DNA from: an uncultured Actinomycetes bacterium
Lineage (GTDB): Bacteria; Actinomycetota; UBA4738; HRBIN12
Assembly: GCA_963704885.1 (NCBI GenBank)
Contig: CAVPIB010000004.1
Coordinates: forward strand, 320,001 to 384,000
Length of the DNA stretch: 64,000 nucleotides
Direction: 5' to 3'
The notes beneath the pieces were generated by a model. It had not been told where the DNA came from, searched no databases, and saw only the letters and a program-made list of their open reading frames with translations. Of the stretch, positions 62,402 through 64,000 are shown piece by piece (position 1 is the stretch's first letter; every line of letters begins with the position of its first letter). The position numbers and the translations under genes were made by a program.

Positions 62402-62954
62402 CTAGAGGTCAACCTGCACTGGACTTCGGACCGGGTCCTCGATGTCGAAGAACGTCCGCGGCTCGAAGTGGCCCCACCCCGCGATCACGCTCGCGGGGAA
62501 CTGCTGGATCAAGGTGTTGAGGCGCATCACCTGGTCGTTGTAGAACTGGCGGGCATACGCGATCTTCGACTCCGTGCCGGTCAGCTCCTCCTGCAGCGCC
62601 AGGAAGTTCTCGTTCGCCTTGAGCTCGGGGTACCGTTCGGCGACTGCGATCAGCCTGCCCAGCCCTGCGGTGATCGCGTTCTCGGCCTGCGGCCTGATCG
62701 TCGACGGCGGTTGCACCTATCGCGCGGGACCTGGCCTCAGCTACGTTCTCGAAGACCTCCCGTTCGTGCTCGGCGTACCCCTGCACGGTCTCGACCAGGT
62801 TGGGGATCAGGTCGTACCGACGGCGGAGCTGCACGTCGATCTGCGACCAGCCGTTGTCCACGCGGGTGCGGAGCGACACCAGCCGGTTGTAGGTCAACAC
62901 GCCCCAGAGCACCGCGACGGCGACCACCCCTATCAGGATCCACACGCCCAACAT
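62402..62954 (-). CDS. lemA: LemA family protein with a single frameshift at about 62693
   Basis: N-half [27 protein letters not shown] in one frame; C-half [27 protein letters not shown] in the adjacent frame. Confidence 0.88.
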
Positions 62955-62960
62955 CGCGAC

Positions 62961-64000
62961 CTATCGTAGCGGCCCGAGCGCGATCGCCTGCTCGTAGCAT
63001 CCCATCAGTCTCCTGGTGACCGTCGCCCAGTCGAAGGTGCGCGCTCGGGCCCGTCCGGCAGCGCTCAGGCGAGCCGCCAGGTCGGGTTCGTCCAGGATGG
63101 TGCCCAAGGCGGCCGCGAGCGCGACCTGATCTCCCGGGGCCACCAGCAGACCATCCACGCCGTGCCGCACCACCTCGTCGTACCCAGGGATGTCGCTCGC
63201 CACGACCGGCAGCCCGGCCGCCATCGCCTCCACCAGCACGATCCCGAAGCTCTCCCCACCGACCGACGCCCCCAGGAAGAGGTCGCAGGCCGCGTGGTAC
63301 GGCGGCAGATCGGTGTTGGTCACGGCTCCGATCATCGATACGCGATCGCGTGTTTCCGCCGGTAGTACGTCCACAGCGGATCGCTCCGGTCCGTCGCCGA
63401 CGACGATCAGTCGCAGGTCCGGCCGCTCGGACGCCGATCTCGCGAACGCACCGACCGCGGTCCGGAACCCTTTGCGTTCATCGAGCCGACCGACGAACAG
63501 AAGCTTGGTGCCCGGACCGAGGTCCGCGGGCTCGGCGTTCGCGAAGCGGTCCACGTCGATGCCGTTCGGCACTATCCGGAAGGAGCCGCCGATCCTGGGG
63601 GCCACGAACCGCTCCGCGGCGCGTGACACGGCGATCCGAACCACGATGCGTCTGGTGACGTGGCGGATCAGCGGCGCGGCCGCAGAGAAGAGCCGCGACC
63701 CCTGAGCGCCGGAGTGGAAGGTCGCAACCACCGGCGCCCGGGACGCGAGCGTCGCCCACATCGACGTACTCGGGGTCTCGGGCTCGTGCGCATGCAGGAC
63801 GTCGGGACGGAACTCCCTAAGCGCGTCTCTGACCGCCCGATACGACAGCGGACTGGGATCGATAGGGGCGCTGGAGGCGTTGTACCGCAGGTTGATCGGC
63901 CGGCCGACCACCCGAACCCACGGCTCCGGGACCGCCCGCCGCGCTGGTGCGAGGACCTGGACATCATGGCCCTCGTCCATCAAGCGGCCCGCGAGCTCCC
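62961..64000 (-). CDS. GT4 glycosyltransferase, PimA-like phosphatidylinositol mannosyltransferase (5' end beyond window)
   Basis: DVLHAHEP, VATFH, IVPNGID, FVGRLDERKG, GGESFGIVLVEAMAAG; usual position upstream of pdxS/ruvC. Confidence 0.8.
   Translation of the reverse strand, partial: ELAGRLMDEGHDVQVLAPARRAVPEPWVRVVGRPINLRYNASSAPIDPSPLSYRAVRDALREFRPDVLHAHEPETPSTSMWATLASRAPVVATFHSGAQGSRLFSAAAPLIRHVTRRIVVRIAVSRAAERFVAPRIGGSFRIVPNGIDVDRFANAEPADLGPGTKLLFVGRLDERKGFRTAVGAFARSASERPDLRLIVVGDGPERSAVDVLPAETRDRVSMIGAVTNTDLPPYHAACDLFLGASVGGESFGIVLVEAMAAGLPVVASDIPGYDEVVRHGVDGLLVAPGDQVALAAALGTILDEPDLAARLSAAGRARARTFDWATVTRRLMGCYEQAIALGPLR

Overview
High-GC chromosomal segment of an actinobacterium. Evidence is the mIHF gene, a PimA-like glycosyltransferase, a PPOX F420-type protein, a TCGAAC-N4-GTTCG SOS box and gene order; a deep-branching or uncultured lineage is my inference. 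Almost all genes are on the minus strand. Most of it is conserved core, in reading order: pimA-like GT, lemA, htpX, DUF3048, pdxST, yebC, ruvCAB, yajC, HD protein, secDF, apt, rel, dtd, MBL, hisS, aspS, PPOX, rarA, alaS, ruvX, mltG, aroE, [type IV pilus locus], aroCKBQ, pepQ, efp, nusB, (tatA on +), pyrR-B-C-carAB-pyrK-D-F, mIHF, gmk, rpoZ, coaBC, metK, priA, def, fmt, rsmB. The accessory part is a ~14.4 kb monoderm type IVa pilus locus between aroE and aroC: roadblock-like gene, pilB, pilT, pilC, two major pilins, three minor pilins, pilD, a BldC-like HTH gene and pilMNOP. Best leads: (1) a BldC-like regulator abutting pilM, preceded by a phased 9-10 bp CACATG direct-repeat array; (2) four sigma28/WhiG-like promoters across the pilus locus; (3) a roadblock/MglB-like gene heading pilBTC; (4) a SecD with an inserted five-fold Cys-pair repeat domain; (5) a PyrD/PyrK pair lacking the catalytic Cys, the substrate-binding Asn residues and the NAD-binding motifs; (6) priA and coaBC lack canonical starts at identically structured TAG-C junctions. 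Indels cluster in the pilin genes and one is in lemA; these are probably assembly errors. I saw no rRNA, tRNA, CRISPR array or mobile element. All family calls are from motif recognition, not database searches.
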